Shown here one piece after another: positions 22,461-35,150 of a stretch of DNA of 64,000 bases. Source of the DNA: Vicugna vicugna (taxonomy: Eukaryota); assembly GCA_013265495.1 (NCBI GenBank), contig MU058423.1, forward strand, positions 6,238,939 through 6,302,938. The letters are read 5' to 3'. Within the stretch, counting starts at the first letter, position 1, and each line of letters starts with the position of its first letter. The notes beneath the pieces are model-generated. The model made no database searches, was not told where the DNA came from, and saw nothing but the letters and a program-made list of their open reading frames with translations. Position numbers and translations under genes: made by a program.

Positions 22461-25200
22461 TGTATTTTATTCAGATTCTTATCAAAAGCAAGAAAAATAT
22501 TACTCTGCATTTCTCTCCATATGGAAATCCATGGGTTCAACCAAGGATACATATTCTAAAAGGGAAAGTTGATAAATTTTCTTAACGAATGAATGAGCAT
22601 CCCAATGTTTCTCAGCACTAGCAATTTATTTTTTTCCCCAAGCAATTTTCTTTTGCCTGCCCAGTCCCAGTTCTTCCTCTTGACACGTCCCTTTTTACTT
22701 TGACCATGCTATGAATTCTGTTATAGACAGACAGACAGGTGGATGGATGGATAGATAACCTGCTTTGATCATTGCTTCTTTTTTGTTGACTATTATAACT
22801 TTTATATCACCTTTTCTTGTTTTTCTGCTCTTGGTCCTTATTTAACTCACTCTTAGGGACTGTGAATATGTTATGTACTTGTTCTTTTTTTCATTTTTCA
22901 AAATTCTTTGGGAAGAAGATACTTTGCAAGTATTCAAAATGATAAAATACCATTAGCACTAAATGTGGGCAAGTGTGTGAACCTAAAGGAAATGACTCTG
23001 CTGTGGGTATAGCACAGTGAGGTCAACCAGGAACCTATTCCAGAAGAACGAGTTAGCAATGTTGAAAAAAGACAAATGTCTCCTAGCTATATTTATCATA
23101 AATGGCATTATAAGATTATTTATTGACTGTTAGTGTCAACTGATTGTTCAAAATGACACATAGGAAGACCTCTACCTAGTAATAATTTAAAAGCCAACTC
23201 AAATTTGAGGAATTATTTGCCTGGTCTATAAGGCAGCACAGCATACACATGCTAACATTTATCAATCAAGGTCTCCACTCCTGTTATCTAGATAATTAAA
23301 AGCAAATCCTGCTATGGAATCTAGAACATAGTTGCTTGACACTAAACTGTCATGAGATTCAGTAAATCAACAAAAATTTATTAATTTGCTAAAAAAGTGG
23401 AATTTTTAGACTTAAATGATTATTTTCTAGATTTTTATACACAATTTAAAAGATCAGAGATAGTGCTACGATGTTACTTGTATATTTCCTATTACACTTT
23501 CTGCACCTAAACACATGGATTTCTGCAATTCCTACTTGTACGTCCAGCAAATAGTACATTCTCTGTAAGTGTCTGCTTGCTGAAATTAGTATTGTTTAGT
23601 TAAAGTGAATGTTTGTGTGGTTTCTATAAATGAACAGTCAAAAATATATGAAGGATACAGACGCTGTAGTAGGAGAGAGTACAAGAGTTAACACCATGTG
23701 TTCTAGGGGACATTTTAAGTGGCATCAACAGACACCGATACTTTGATATTTTTGTCTATATTTATTGATTTCTGCCAGTGGCAGGTGTAATGGCAGCACA
23801 AAGTCATAAATAGAATTTAGAATAGGACTTGGAGAACCACAGCAATGTTTAGGAGACTCTCCATTTAAAATAGGCAATTTGTCAGCAAAGCGACCTTTAA
23901 AATGGCTCTTTTATGTTGTTTTCCTGTTTGCCTTTTTAAGCAATTCGCCTAAAAATGGCATGATTTTTTTTTCAAGAAGAATCTGTCTTTTCTTGACTAG
24001 ACATTATTCAGGACTCTAATCTGAAGGCTACAAGGAAAACAAGATAATGAAAATTAAAATGTGGGAGGCGTGGGCTAGATGTTACGCTGAGTTCTGAATT
24101 TTGTAACATAGTTACTAAGTTATTTTAGTCATATTCAAGATGATCATAGAACGGATACCACAGACCACACCCTGAATAGGGGCTGCATACACAGTTAATG
24201 ATAGCATTAATCAGAAAATTATTCTTAGAGCAGAAACCTATTCATTTTATGAAAATAATCTAATGGTAATGTATTACTTTAGCTACATCTTCACAGTCTA
24301 AACAAATTATCTGGTGTCTTCATGCCTAAAATCACAGCCAGAATTTTTGTTTTGTCAGTGTCTGGGGCGTATTGTGACTGACTAAGCACACGGGCTATTC
24401 TGCCGCGTGTGTTAGGGTATTCATCCTACAGGTGGCCGTGCAGGAGCCTGTGGAAAACGTCCGAGTAGCCAATCCTCTCTCCCGGTGCACTCATCACAAA
24501 CCATTACAGACTATCATCATTCAGTACTATGAAGCACATTGCCATGAGAGTGCCTTTAAATATAGATATTCACAATGGCAATTTGATTTTTAAATTAGTC
24601 CATGCTTAATAACTACCTGTAGGATAATTTAAGCTGTTGTACCAATGAAGTGTTCCTAACAGTCTATGTAAACACTGCAGGAATAAAAAAAAAATCACAA
24701 CTATCCTTCACTCATTTGAGACAGGTATTGGTAGCTCTTGACATCACCATTTTACCTAAAGACATTACCACAGGGGACAAGAGAGACACACAGATCCATC
24801 TAGTTTCTCCGTGTGCTCAGAGAAAGCCTTCTAGGCAGAGGTTTCAGTTCAGCACATTCATTACCTTTTAATTGCTTCTAAATTGCATTGTGACCCGTGG
24901 CATCAATAGCCAAATCTATTTAACTGAAACTAGCAGAGTTTGGGCATGTGTGCTGTGAAAAGCTTTCTCCTTCATTGGTGCGTGTGTGTGTGTGTCTGGG
25001 TGTGTTTGTGCAGCGGCACCTGTTGCCATGAAGTCAGGTAGAGACACAGGAGAGGAGAAAGGCAAATGCATCGCTGGAAAGCAGCTAAATAACAAAAACA
25101 GACAAATGTCATCCAAACGTTAGTCATGTTATACGTGGGTAAATAAGGACCACGTTAAAAAATGAAAATTTCTGTTGAATTATTTGCAATGCCAGATGTT

Positions 25201-25366
25201 ACGTGTGTCAGAAAAAGCATGGAAAATCGCTGTGCAGTTAAGCATTGCGTCTAAAATTTCAAGTTACATAGAAAAATTCCACTAAGAGAAAATAACGTGT
25301 CAGAAAAAGCATAGAAAATCGTCTAAAATTTCAAGTTACATAGAAAAATTCCACTAAGAGAAAATA
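25201..25366. repeat. Imperfect tandem duplication (94 bp + 72 bp)
   Basis: Copy 1 at 25201-25294 and copy 2 at 25295-25366 share 'gtgtcagaaaaagcat(g/a)gaaaatcg' and 'tctaaaatttcaagttacatagaaaaattccactaagagaaaata'. Confidence 0.95.
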
Positions 25367-25929
25367 TGTTTGTCTATTGTAGGCCACAATGCCATGAAAA
25401 ACTACCACATCGACCACTGAGGTTTACAAATTATTCCCCTAGAAGACTTCCCGAGGACTATCTCACAGTCACTTGTAGAATGGACACATTTCATCCTACC
25501 TGCAGAAAAGTGCAACCAGGAAGCTCATGCTTCTAAGCCTCCAAGGAAAAATGCCACCATTGAAAAAATGCCATCTTTCAAAACCGTAAGTAGAGCTTTC
25601 AATTCACCTTATCACTTACATTTCTTCCCTATACCCACTTTGATAGTTCAGGAAAACAGTAAAAATACAGACAGCAAAGGGATTAACTCATTTTCTCCTT
25701 TCAGCTCTTTAGTCAGCTCTTTATCCTAATTAAACTCATTTTCAGAAAAGGCGGGAACAGTGGGAAATGTAAACGCTTCCAAAAATGAGAAAACTAGCAT
25801 ATCTAGTCAGTCCAGAGCCTTGCACAAGAGGCTGAGCAGGGGCATAGTGGTGCTGTGAGGAGCCCGCCAGGATGGAGAGCAAGTGCAGTAGGGTCATTGG
25901 CATCACATGAAGTTCAAATGTGGCCTCTC

Positions 25930-27370
25930 TGCTCTTTAAACCTTGATGATTTGGGAGAGTGTGCAGAAAATAAGGAGTAAGCCTAGGGCATTTAATTAGA
26001 AATGAAGTAAACCATCCAAAGAACTGCAATCGTCAGCCAGCAAAGTGGGAAGAAAATGAAGAGTGAGATCTGAAGGCCAAATAAAGATAAATGTCAAGGA
26101 GTTGGGACCTTTCTGCAGATAGATCAAGTAACATAGACACTGAGGATGTATCTTTGAATTTGCAAAATCTAAATCCTTGCTGCCCTTGGCAAAAAATCTT
26201 CTGGTGAGATGCTGGGGTGGGGGATGGCAAGAGTGTATTTAGGAGAGAATGGGAAGAGGAGCTTAGACACTGAGACAGAGCTCTTTCAAGACGTTCTCAT
26301 GTAAAGAGCAGCAGGAGGGTTTGGGTCAAGGGATCATTTTTCTTGCAGATGAGAAATACGTTGAGTAGTGGTGAGAATAAAGAAGTTGTGAGGGAAAAAA
26401 CCCATGATATAGAGATGTTAAGGGGGCTAAATTCTAGGGATAGTCTTGAGTAGACCCGAAGTGTGAGGATCTAACCCACAGATAGATTCTCCATAGTTTG
26501 GAGCAAGGAAAAGTCATCAGTTGAAAAGGAGGGAGGGTAGATCGCATGGGTACAGATGCAAAAGGACACTGCTGGGAGGAGAATGTGGAAGTGCTCTGAT
26601 TTCTACTGCTTTTCCCAATGAAATAGAAAGCAAGATCATAAAATAAATGTGGAAAGGAAGGAAGGCATACTGGATGTTTGAGAGGGAGAGCAAAGCAAGA
26701 AATGGTTGTCTCGGAGAGTGCGAGAGTGAATGGCATGGGAACGCGTAATAGCCTTGCTGGGCAAACTTACGGTTACACCTGTGTTTAATTGTCAATAATT
26801 TAAAATATGATCAAACACTGTGGGTGTGTTTTTCTGCAGGCAGGCTGAGCTTTTAGGATGTAGGTGAAAGGTGGTAAAGCTGGATTTAGTCAGAGCTGAG
26901 ATTTTCCCTGTTGAGTATGATAGAGACATGGTATAAGGAAACAGAGATTGTATGTGAGGCAATGATTGTGATACCAAGTCGACCGTGAACTCTAAGTAGG
27001 GGAAGGGGGGAAAGAAGAGCACAAAGAGTTGAGAGAGAGTGAAAAATATAAAGAACAATAACCAGGATGTCCTAGTGATGTCAAGAAGTGTGAGAGGACT
27101 GTGAGCGGGAAAGACAGACAGCTGTCAGAGACAAGGAAACTTGAGAATAAGATTGTGGAATTAGCAGTGATTTAGAATATCAATATCTAGATTATGATCA
27201 TGAGAGTAAATGATGAAAATAGTGTCCAGAAAGAGGTCATTGTAGAAGATGCACTCAAGGAAATTAAAGACCATAAGGGGAATATTTAGGTGACCTTGGG
27301 AAATGCCAAGAATTATGACAGGAGTAAATGTCTGCAAGTGACCATGAGCCCAAGGTGGGCAGAGCACTTA
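25930..27370 (-). mobile_element. Long L2 (ORF2-derived) fragment
   Basis: Purine-rich L2 antisense phrases 'gatagatcaagtaacatagacactgagg', 'ggagagaatgggaagagg', 'gctctgatttctactgcttttcccaatgaaatagaaagcaagatca'. Confidence 0.8.
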
Positions 27371-27674
27371 AAATGGACTCTCGAGGCAGGCTGGGCTCTT
27401 GAAGGTCACATGCAATTTCCAAAACTGGCAGAATTTCAATACATTATAGACTCACCCTCTCTCCACATATAAAATTGCAGTATTAATAGTAGTTATAGTG
27501 ACAACATCTACTTTAAAGGGTTTTGTGAGGATTAAATGGATAAATAATGGGTCTGTTAGTGGTTCCATAAAAATATTGTATCAGCCTTTCTCTCCTCTGC
27601 CTTACAAGATCATTTCCCTATTCTACCGTTTAGCTGACACATGTTTTTATTCTTCCTATTAGAACAAAATAAAC

Positions 27675-28150
27675 TCAGTCCGAGAAGGCTACATTCATAA
27701 TACATACATACATACATACATTCTGTATGATTCTAACTATACATATGACCTTCTGTAAACAGCAAAACTATGGGGAGAGTAAAAACATCAGTGGTTGTCA
27801 AGGATTAGAGGCAAGAGAGGAATGAATAGGCAGAGCACGGAGGAGTTTTAGGGTAGCGAAACTACTCAGTATGATATTGTAATGGTGAAGAGTGTCATTA
27901 TACACATGTATGTTCACACCTAGAAAATGTATAGCACCAAGAGTGAACGCTCATGTAAACTGTGGCCTTGGATGATAATGATGTGTCCATGTGGGCCCAT
28001 TGATAGTAACAAATGAACCACTCTTGTAGGGGATGTTGATCAGGGGGGGAAGCTGTGCATGTGTTGGGGCAGAGGGGGATATAAGAAATCTCTCTACCTT
28101 CCACTCAGTTTTGTTGTGAACCTAAAACTGCTCTAAAGATAGTGTATTCA
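27675..28150 (+). mobile_element. L1MC1-like 3' end
   Basis: 'caccaagagtgaac', 'gataatgatgtgtc', 'ggggatgttgat', 'tgtgaacctaaaactgctcta' are L1MC1-type 3'UTR phrases. Confidence 0.85.
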
Positions 28151-28249
28151 GAAAATGTCTTCACCACCTCTTCCCCTTCGGCTGATACATAACTTTCTAG
28201 CATTTTTATTTCTAGCCCACCTTTGTTCTTTTCTTTCACTTTACTGAGA

Positions 28250-28925
28250 TAATTTTTTGTTTCTTTTTGCAACAAAATTCCTTGCAGGCTTGTCTATACT
28301 CATTGCTTCTCAATAGTCCCTTCATTTCTTTTTTAAACCGACTCTAGAGGATTTTTTTCTCCTTGAAAATGCTTTTTCTAAAAGTCTTTAATAATATTCA
28401 TGATTCTAAATCTGATGGTCGTGTTTCTGTTATTGTTGACCTAGGAGCAGCATTTAATGCAGCTGTTCATTCTCTTCTTGAAGCATTTTGTTTTATGATT
28501 TCCTGGACTCCACATTCTCATTGTCTTCCCTTTATCATTCTGGTTGCCTATCCTCAGGCTTTGTGCTGATTCCTCCATTTCTCCCTCACTCTTGAATATC
28601 GAAATGCCCTGGGGTTCAGTCCATATTCCACTTCCCTTGTCTGTTTATACTCACATCCTTGGTGATTTCTTCCAGCCATGTTTAAATTTTCTCCGTAGAC
28701 TAATGACTCCTATATTCATATTTCTTGTCCAGCTCCTATTCTTGAGCTTCAGCTGTTATCACTAATTCTCTTCTCAAAACTTGTAGCAATTGTATTTTCC
28801 CACATCTCATTTGATGACAAGTCTATTCTTTAAGTGGCTCAAGCCAAAAATCTTAAGATCATTCTTAATTTTATTTTTTCTCACACTTTGCGTTTAAACC
28901 ACTATGAATCTTTGGATTTACCTTA
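28250..28925 (+). mobile_element. L2 fragment
   Basis: 'ttgacctaggagcagcatttaatgcagctgttcattctcttcttgaa', 'tcacatccttggtgatttcttccagccatg', 'gctcaagccaaaaatctta'. Confidence 0.8.
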
Positions 28926-29489
28926 TGGATAAGCCTCAAACTGATTTTCCCGTCTGTGAGGAAGTAGCCCATATTAGAAAACATCCCTCGTTGTAAGAAC
29001 AACTAAAAACTGAATGAAATACTACACAGGCAAAGCTTTTGTAAGCATCAGTGAACAACCAAGTCAGCTAGAATCTGATGAGGAACAAACATTCCAAAGA
29101 AAAAGGAAACATTGCATTTTCTCCCTTAAGAATCTTGCCAATTTTAATAGAAGCAGCTATGGGAAAAAACAGACAATAGCAATTCAGGGTTGCTGGCAAT
29201 TGCATGGGTCCAGGGAGGAGAAGCAAAAACTTGTTTAGGGGTCATCAATTAGGGAATATTTTGGAAATATCAGGTTGTTACGTGAAAGTTCTGAGGGGAC
29301 TCTAGGAGTAAAGACAAATAGGAAATGGACAAGTCCCTCAGAAAGACTGAAATCTTATCTCAAATCATATCGAACCTTGTTGGATCAAGGTTGTCCATTC
29401 TTCTCTACCTGACAAGAATTCTTTAAAAAATTACATCTTGTTTAGATTGTAAAATGTACAAAAAGATGTACAATTACATCTACAAATTC

Positions 29490-29630
29490 TATTTATAAAC
29501 CAAAAACAGACTCACAAACTTAGAAAACAAACTATAGTTACCAAAGAGGAAAGGACAGAGAGGGATAAATTGGGGGTCGGCAATTAACAGACACACATTA
29601 CTATATATAAAATAGATAAGCAAATAAATT
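29490..29630 (+). mobile_element. L1 3'UTR fragment (cetartiodactyl type)
   Basis: 'aacagactcacaaacttagaaaacaaact..gttaccaaag..gagggataaattggg..actatatataaaatagataa'. Confidence 0.8.
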
Positions 29631-30030
29631 TAAATAAAGCTTTAAAAACACAATGTAAGGTATTTTTAAAAACTAGATCCATTCTTACATACATTATAGG
29701 CCAAATTTTTATCTAGATATATTCTCTTCTTTACCTAATTCATTTTGTAATTATATGATTCTTTTAGAGTATGACTATACTAATTACAAAGATTCTTCTT
29801 GAAAATCAGATTATGCTACTTCCACACTGCCTCAAGTTAATAGTGGTAAAGTAGAGATAACAATTTACTCAGCAAAGTATATTAGCAATTCAGAATAAGT
29901 TTCATAAATAAGGACGCAGTATGATTTTATTTTAATTACCATGTGTTTCAAGAAAAGAGAATATTCTTAATTTTTTAGTTAACCCTTGAGAAGTTAGACA
30001 ATTTCAATAAACTCCTTAATATTATTTACA

Positions 30031-30684
30031 TAAAAGCAAAACTAAACAAGTGGGACTACAGCAAATTAAAAGCTGCTGTACGAAGGAAACCATCAACAAA
30101 ATAAAAAGGCAACCTACTAAATGAGAGAAAATATTTGCAGATCATATATCTGATAAGAGAGTAATATCTAAAATATATTTAAAAACTCATACAACTCATT
30201 AGCAAAAATAACAATCTAATTAAAAATGGGCAGAGGACCTGAATAGACATTTTTCCAAAGAAGCCAAACAGATGACAAACAGATACATGAAAAGATGCTC
30301 AACATCATTAATCATTAGGGAAATGTAAGTCAAAACCAGAATGAGATGTCACGTCACACCTGTTAGAATGGCTATTGTCAAAAAGACAAGAAATAACAAG
30401 TGTTGGCAAGGATGTGGAGAAAAGGGAACCCCTTGTACACTGTTGGTTGGAATGTAACTTGGTGTAGCCACTATGGAAAACAGGATGGAGAGTCCTCAAA
30501 AAAAATTAAAAATAGAATTACTATATGGTCCAACAATTCCACTTCTGGTTATTTATCCAAAGAAAGTGAAAACCCTGACTCAAAAAGATATATGCCCTGT
30601 TATGCTCATTGCAGCATTATTTACAATAACCAATATATGGAAACAACCAAAGTGTCCATCAATGGGTGGATACATGAAGAAAAT

Positions 30685-30730
<46 letters not shown>

Positions 30731-31013
30731 AAATGAAATATTACTGTTACAAAGAAGAATAAAATCTTGCCACTGGGACAACATGGATGGACCTCAAGGT
30801 CCTTATTTTAAGAGAAATAAATCAGACAGGGAAAGACAAATGACGAACACCATGTGATCTCTTTTAGATGTGAAATCTGAAAAAAAATAAAACAAAAACA
30901 AGCTCATAAGTACAGAGAACAGATTGGTGGTTGCCAGAGGTGAGGGTCAGAGGGTGGGAGAAATGGGTGAAGGGGGTCAAAAGGTAAAATATTAAAAAAA
31001 ATAAATAAATAAA
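30031..31013 (+). mobile_element. 5'-truncated L1 (end of ORF2 + shortened 3'UTR, A-rich tail)
   Basis: ORF2 C-terminal peptides 'MENRMESPQKKLKIELLYGPTIPLL', 'WKQPKCPS'. Ends in 'aaaaaaaataaataaataaa'. Confidence 0.92.
30686..30727. repeat. (GT)21 microsatellite inside the L1
   Basis: Counted directly. Confidence 0.95.
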
Positions 31014-31602
31014 CAATGCCTTGGTCTTCACTGCCAGCTTTGCAAGAGCTAATCCAGTTTTAAGTCATGCTGTAATGAGTGATCTAGAATGAATGCTAAT
31101 CTCATTTTTTTTCAATATTTGCTTTGACAGATATTAGAGAAAATAAGGATCTCTCTCTGAAATTCTGAGGCCAGACAGGTGACAAAATTTAACTGACAAT
31201 AAATGTATCATCTTTTGTAGTCAACCCAGAAAATATTTGTAAAGCAAATGTACAAGCTTCACAAAATCCTTAAGATAGGAATAATGCATGGAAGACCACT
31301 TATACCAATAGAATAAGGTCCAAGATATCTGAGTAGGTGACAAGATACTTTGTGTTACTATGCCCTAGTCATACTATGAAACACTCAGGGACTGAGATTC
31401 AACTACAGTTAAGATCAAACTGAGAACCTATTTCAAAGCCTTTATTTGTTTTTCTTTCTGTTTCAAATTTGACCCTGGAAAGTAAAAAAAATTTAGTGAT
31501 AAACTACCAGATATAAAGATAGTAAAGAACTCAAATCTAATATATGTATATATGTATACACACACATATATACATATGAAATTTATTTAAAATGAAAAAT
31601 GC

Positions 31603-31833
31603 CATTTGCAGCAACATGGATGCTCCTGGAGAATGTCATTCTAAGTGAAGTAAGCCAGAAAGAGAAAGAAAAATACCATATGAGATCGCTCATATGTGGA
31701 ATCTAAAAAACAAAAACAAACAAACAAACAAAAACAAAGCATAAATACAGGACAGAAATAGACTCACAGACAGAGAATACAGACTTGTGGTTACCAGGGG
31801 GGTGGAGGGTGGGAAGGGATAAAAAAAAAAAAA
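31603..31833 (+). mobile_element. Young L1 3'UTR fragment with A13 tail and TSD
   Basis: Closely similar to 46088-46287. TSD gaaaaatgc at 31594-31602 / 31834-31842. Confidence 0.92.
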
Positions 31834-34308
31834 GAAAAATGCTGTAATTCTTTCATTTTGAAAATAATTCTTATATGCTGAGAATTCTTATATATTAGCA
31901 ATAAAATAGACTTCCTTAAAGAGACTAAAACCACTTACCTAATAAAAAAAATTGAAAATACAACACAGTGAAAATTAATCATGACCTTTCCAGCACTTAG
32001 TTTTATTCAGTTAATGATAGCTATTAATGTTACCCTGGAATTTTGTGGTTTTGGTACATTCAATAAGCAATCTTAATCTCTGAGCTGAAAAACATACCAA
32101 TTCAGCAAAATCTATGTTTCCTTGAATAGTTCTTTGATTTGTTTTCCCATAGATACAAGGGGAAAAGCTCAAAGGTCATTAATGCTGGCATTAACACACA
32201 TTAGCCACTGGAATAGACCATTTCCCAACTGGGGCCCACCACACTTCCAGTGGCCACCCAATTAATGACTGTCTAATTGACTCATCTGCAAATCTTACAA
32301 AGCAATACTTTTGCTAAGTAAATTGAACTTGCCATTGCAAAAACTCTGCAGAACTAAGGGCATAATTAACTATACTGAGGCACACTTGATCTTAGAAGCC
32401 CTGGGGATAATCAATAATTAGTTTCGTTCTAAAATGGTTTTGTGGCTATATCCATGACACAATGTTTCTGAATTACTGAAGTTTTGATGATTGTTGCTTA
32501 TTTGGACCAGAAGAGAAAAGCTGTAGCTAACTCAAGCTTTATGGCATAATAAACTTTCCAAAGTACCTTGAGATTAAAAACAATCAAAGTAAATGAAGCA
32601 TCAAGTACTATTTATCTTCCAAAATATTAGTGCTTCCAAAAACAAAGGAGGCCAAACTAACAACCCCTCTGTATCCATCACATTCAATGTTACACAGCAG
32701 TGACATTTCATTTTATAAAACAAGAGAGAAAATTAAGAGATCTGATTGGCTGATACGCATTCTAACTGTGGCTTCCTGGAAAATTCATGATCTGAAATTT
32801 ATGAGCATCACCACTTAATTAAGAGTAAGAATTCTGAGCACAGAGACTATAATCAGTACAATTCATGGGGTTCAGTATTTATGGAACCCATCAGTTAGCA
32901 AAATGGGCAGAAGGAATTGAACACTGATAGTCTAATAAGAATTCCAAAAACAGGAATTCTAAATGAAGTAAATTCATAAAATTCAAAATATATGCTTAGC
33001 ATATGCTATGTAAATAGGCTTTTAAATACAATTTTCTAGCATTTTGACACCATTTTGCTTTAAAGTTAGAAAAAAATTCTTAAAAATATTGAAGCAATCT
33101 CTCTGTTCTAATTCAAGAGATGATATTAAAGCAGATTCATCTATCTGCTTCCCAATTATAAGGAAGTGTGTCTTGCCCTTTGTGCATTAAGTGAGATCAG
33201 ATACTATTGCAGGGACATATTAAGAATTTATCCTAGATGTAAGTAGATGTTTTAAAGGAAATGCACACTAATGATTTCCTAAGTCATGATCACTTTCTCT
33301 TAGTCATGATCACAGACAACATGATACTAAAGAGGAGGCACAGAGGTATGGTCAAGATTGCTGAATAAGAAAGAAGACCTTGAGCTCACCTCCTCCCATG
33401 GGTACACCAAAATTACAACTATTTACAGAGAAAGCATCTAAGAGAAGAACCTGAAGAATATCAGAAAAGATTTTCCACAATTAAAGATATAAAGATGGAA
33501 TCAAAACAAGATGGGTTATAAAGGCAGAGATGCAGAATCGTCAAAACTTACACTTCTGGGGAGTTCACCCATAAAAGGGAGAATAATTGCAATTACAGAG
33601 GTCCTCTCCAAGGGCTGAGAGGTCCAAGCCCCACCTTGGGCTCCCCTGCGCCAGGAGGAAGAGGCTTCAGAATACCTGGCTTAGAAAGACAGTGGAGTTT
33701 GGAAACAGGAGAGCCAGAGGGCTGTGGGAAATAGAGACTCCACAGTTAATGGGCATGTGCAAAATTTCACACAGTCTGAGTCCAGGGCAAAGGTAGTAAT
33801 TTGAAAGGAGCCTGGGTCAGACTCACTTGCTAAACCTGAAGCGCCTCCTAGAGAGGCAGGAGGCCACTGTAACTCGCCCGGGTACACAGACATGATGGCA
33901 GCCATTTCTGGGAGCTCATTCTACCGGGAGGAAAATGGTACTAGCAAGTGCTATTTTTGAGGCCCCCTTGGCCTGTCAGCACTGGAGGATTACCCTTTCA
34001 TGAGTGGCCAGCACCAGCCCTGACCCCTGGGTCCAGGCGCCAGACACACCAGGACCCCGCCCCACCCACCAGTGGGCTAGCAGCCAATTGGGCAGTCTAC
34101 CAGTGCGTCCTTAGTAGTTGGGCATGCCACAATAAGGGCCTGCACAGCCCACCAAAGGGGACACCACTAGAGCATATACCTCTGGTGACAGAAGGGAGTG
34201 TGCGGCTGTGCCCCATAGAATATTTCCTACATAAGGCCACTTCTCCAAGATCAGGAAGTATAACCACCTTACCTAATACATAGAAATAAACACAAACAAT
34301 TAGGCAAA

Positions 34309-35150
34309 ATGAGGAGACAGAGGAATATGTTCTAAATGAAGGGACAAGACAAAACCTCAGAAGAACTAAATGAAGTGGAGATAAGTAATCAACTCAATAA
34401 AGAGGTCAAGATAATGATCATAAAGATGCTCAACGAACTAAAAAGAATGAACACAGTGAGAATTTTAGAAACTATAACAGTTAGAAATTATAAAGATGAA
34501 CTAAAGAGGGATGAAAAACACATTAACTGAAATAAAAGTATTCTAGAAGGAATCTATAGTAGATTAGATGATACAGAGGAAACTTATCAACAAACTGCAA
34601 AACAGAGTAGTGGAAATCACCCAGACTGAATTAAAAAAAAAGGATTTTAAAATATGAGGATAGATTATGAGACCTCTGTGACAACATCAAGTATACTAAT
34701 ATTTACATTATAGAGGTTGCAGAGAAGAAAAGAAAGGGGCAAAGAAGTTATTTGAAGAAGCAAAAATATCTAAAAACTTATCTAATTAAGGAAGGGAAAT
34801 ATACAATTAGGTCCAGGAAACACAGAAAGATAAACCCAAAGAGGTCCACACCAAAGCACATAATAATACAAATGGCAAAAATTAAAGAGAGAATCTTAAA
34901 AGCACAAGAGAAAAGCAACCAGTTACATAAAATCAAACTCCTGTAAGTCTATAAGCTGACTCTTCAGCAGATACTTGCAGAATAAGAGAAAGTGGCACAA
35001 TATGTTGAAAGTGATGGAAAACCTACAACCTGGCAAGGCCATCATTCAGATTTGAAGGACAGATAAAGAGTTTTATAAGTAATCAAAAGCTGAAAGAATT
35101 CAGCATCACTGAGCTTTCTTAATAAGAATTGTTAAGGGGACTTCTCAAAG
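34309..35150 (+). pseudogene. Decayed L1 ORF1p
   Basis: 'MKGQDKTSEELNEVEISN..KIMIIKML', 'INPKRSTPKHIIIQMAKIKERILKA'. Frameshifted. Confidence 0.85.

Noticed and set aside
25201..25366. Repeat-spacer-repeat pattern reminiscent of a CRISPR array
   Set aside because: Only two copies, mammalian context and no cas genes. It is a simple tandem duplication.
25490..25591. Plus-strand exon-like segment (cctgcag ... acc|gtaagt)
   Set aside because: Weak polypyrimidine tract and no recognisable peptide in the open frames. Such pairs are common in intronic DNA.
33282..33313. Direct repeat agtcatgatcac x2 just upstream of the full-length L1, as a possible TSD
   Set aside because: Both copies lie on the same side of the L1. 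It is a local micro-duplication, like ttttattctagtaa x2 at 57830-57858.
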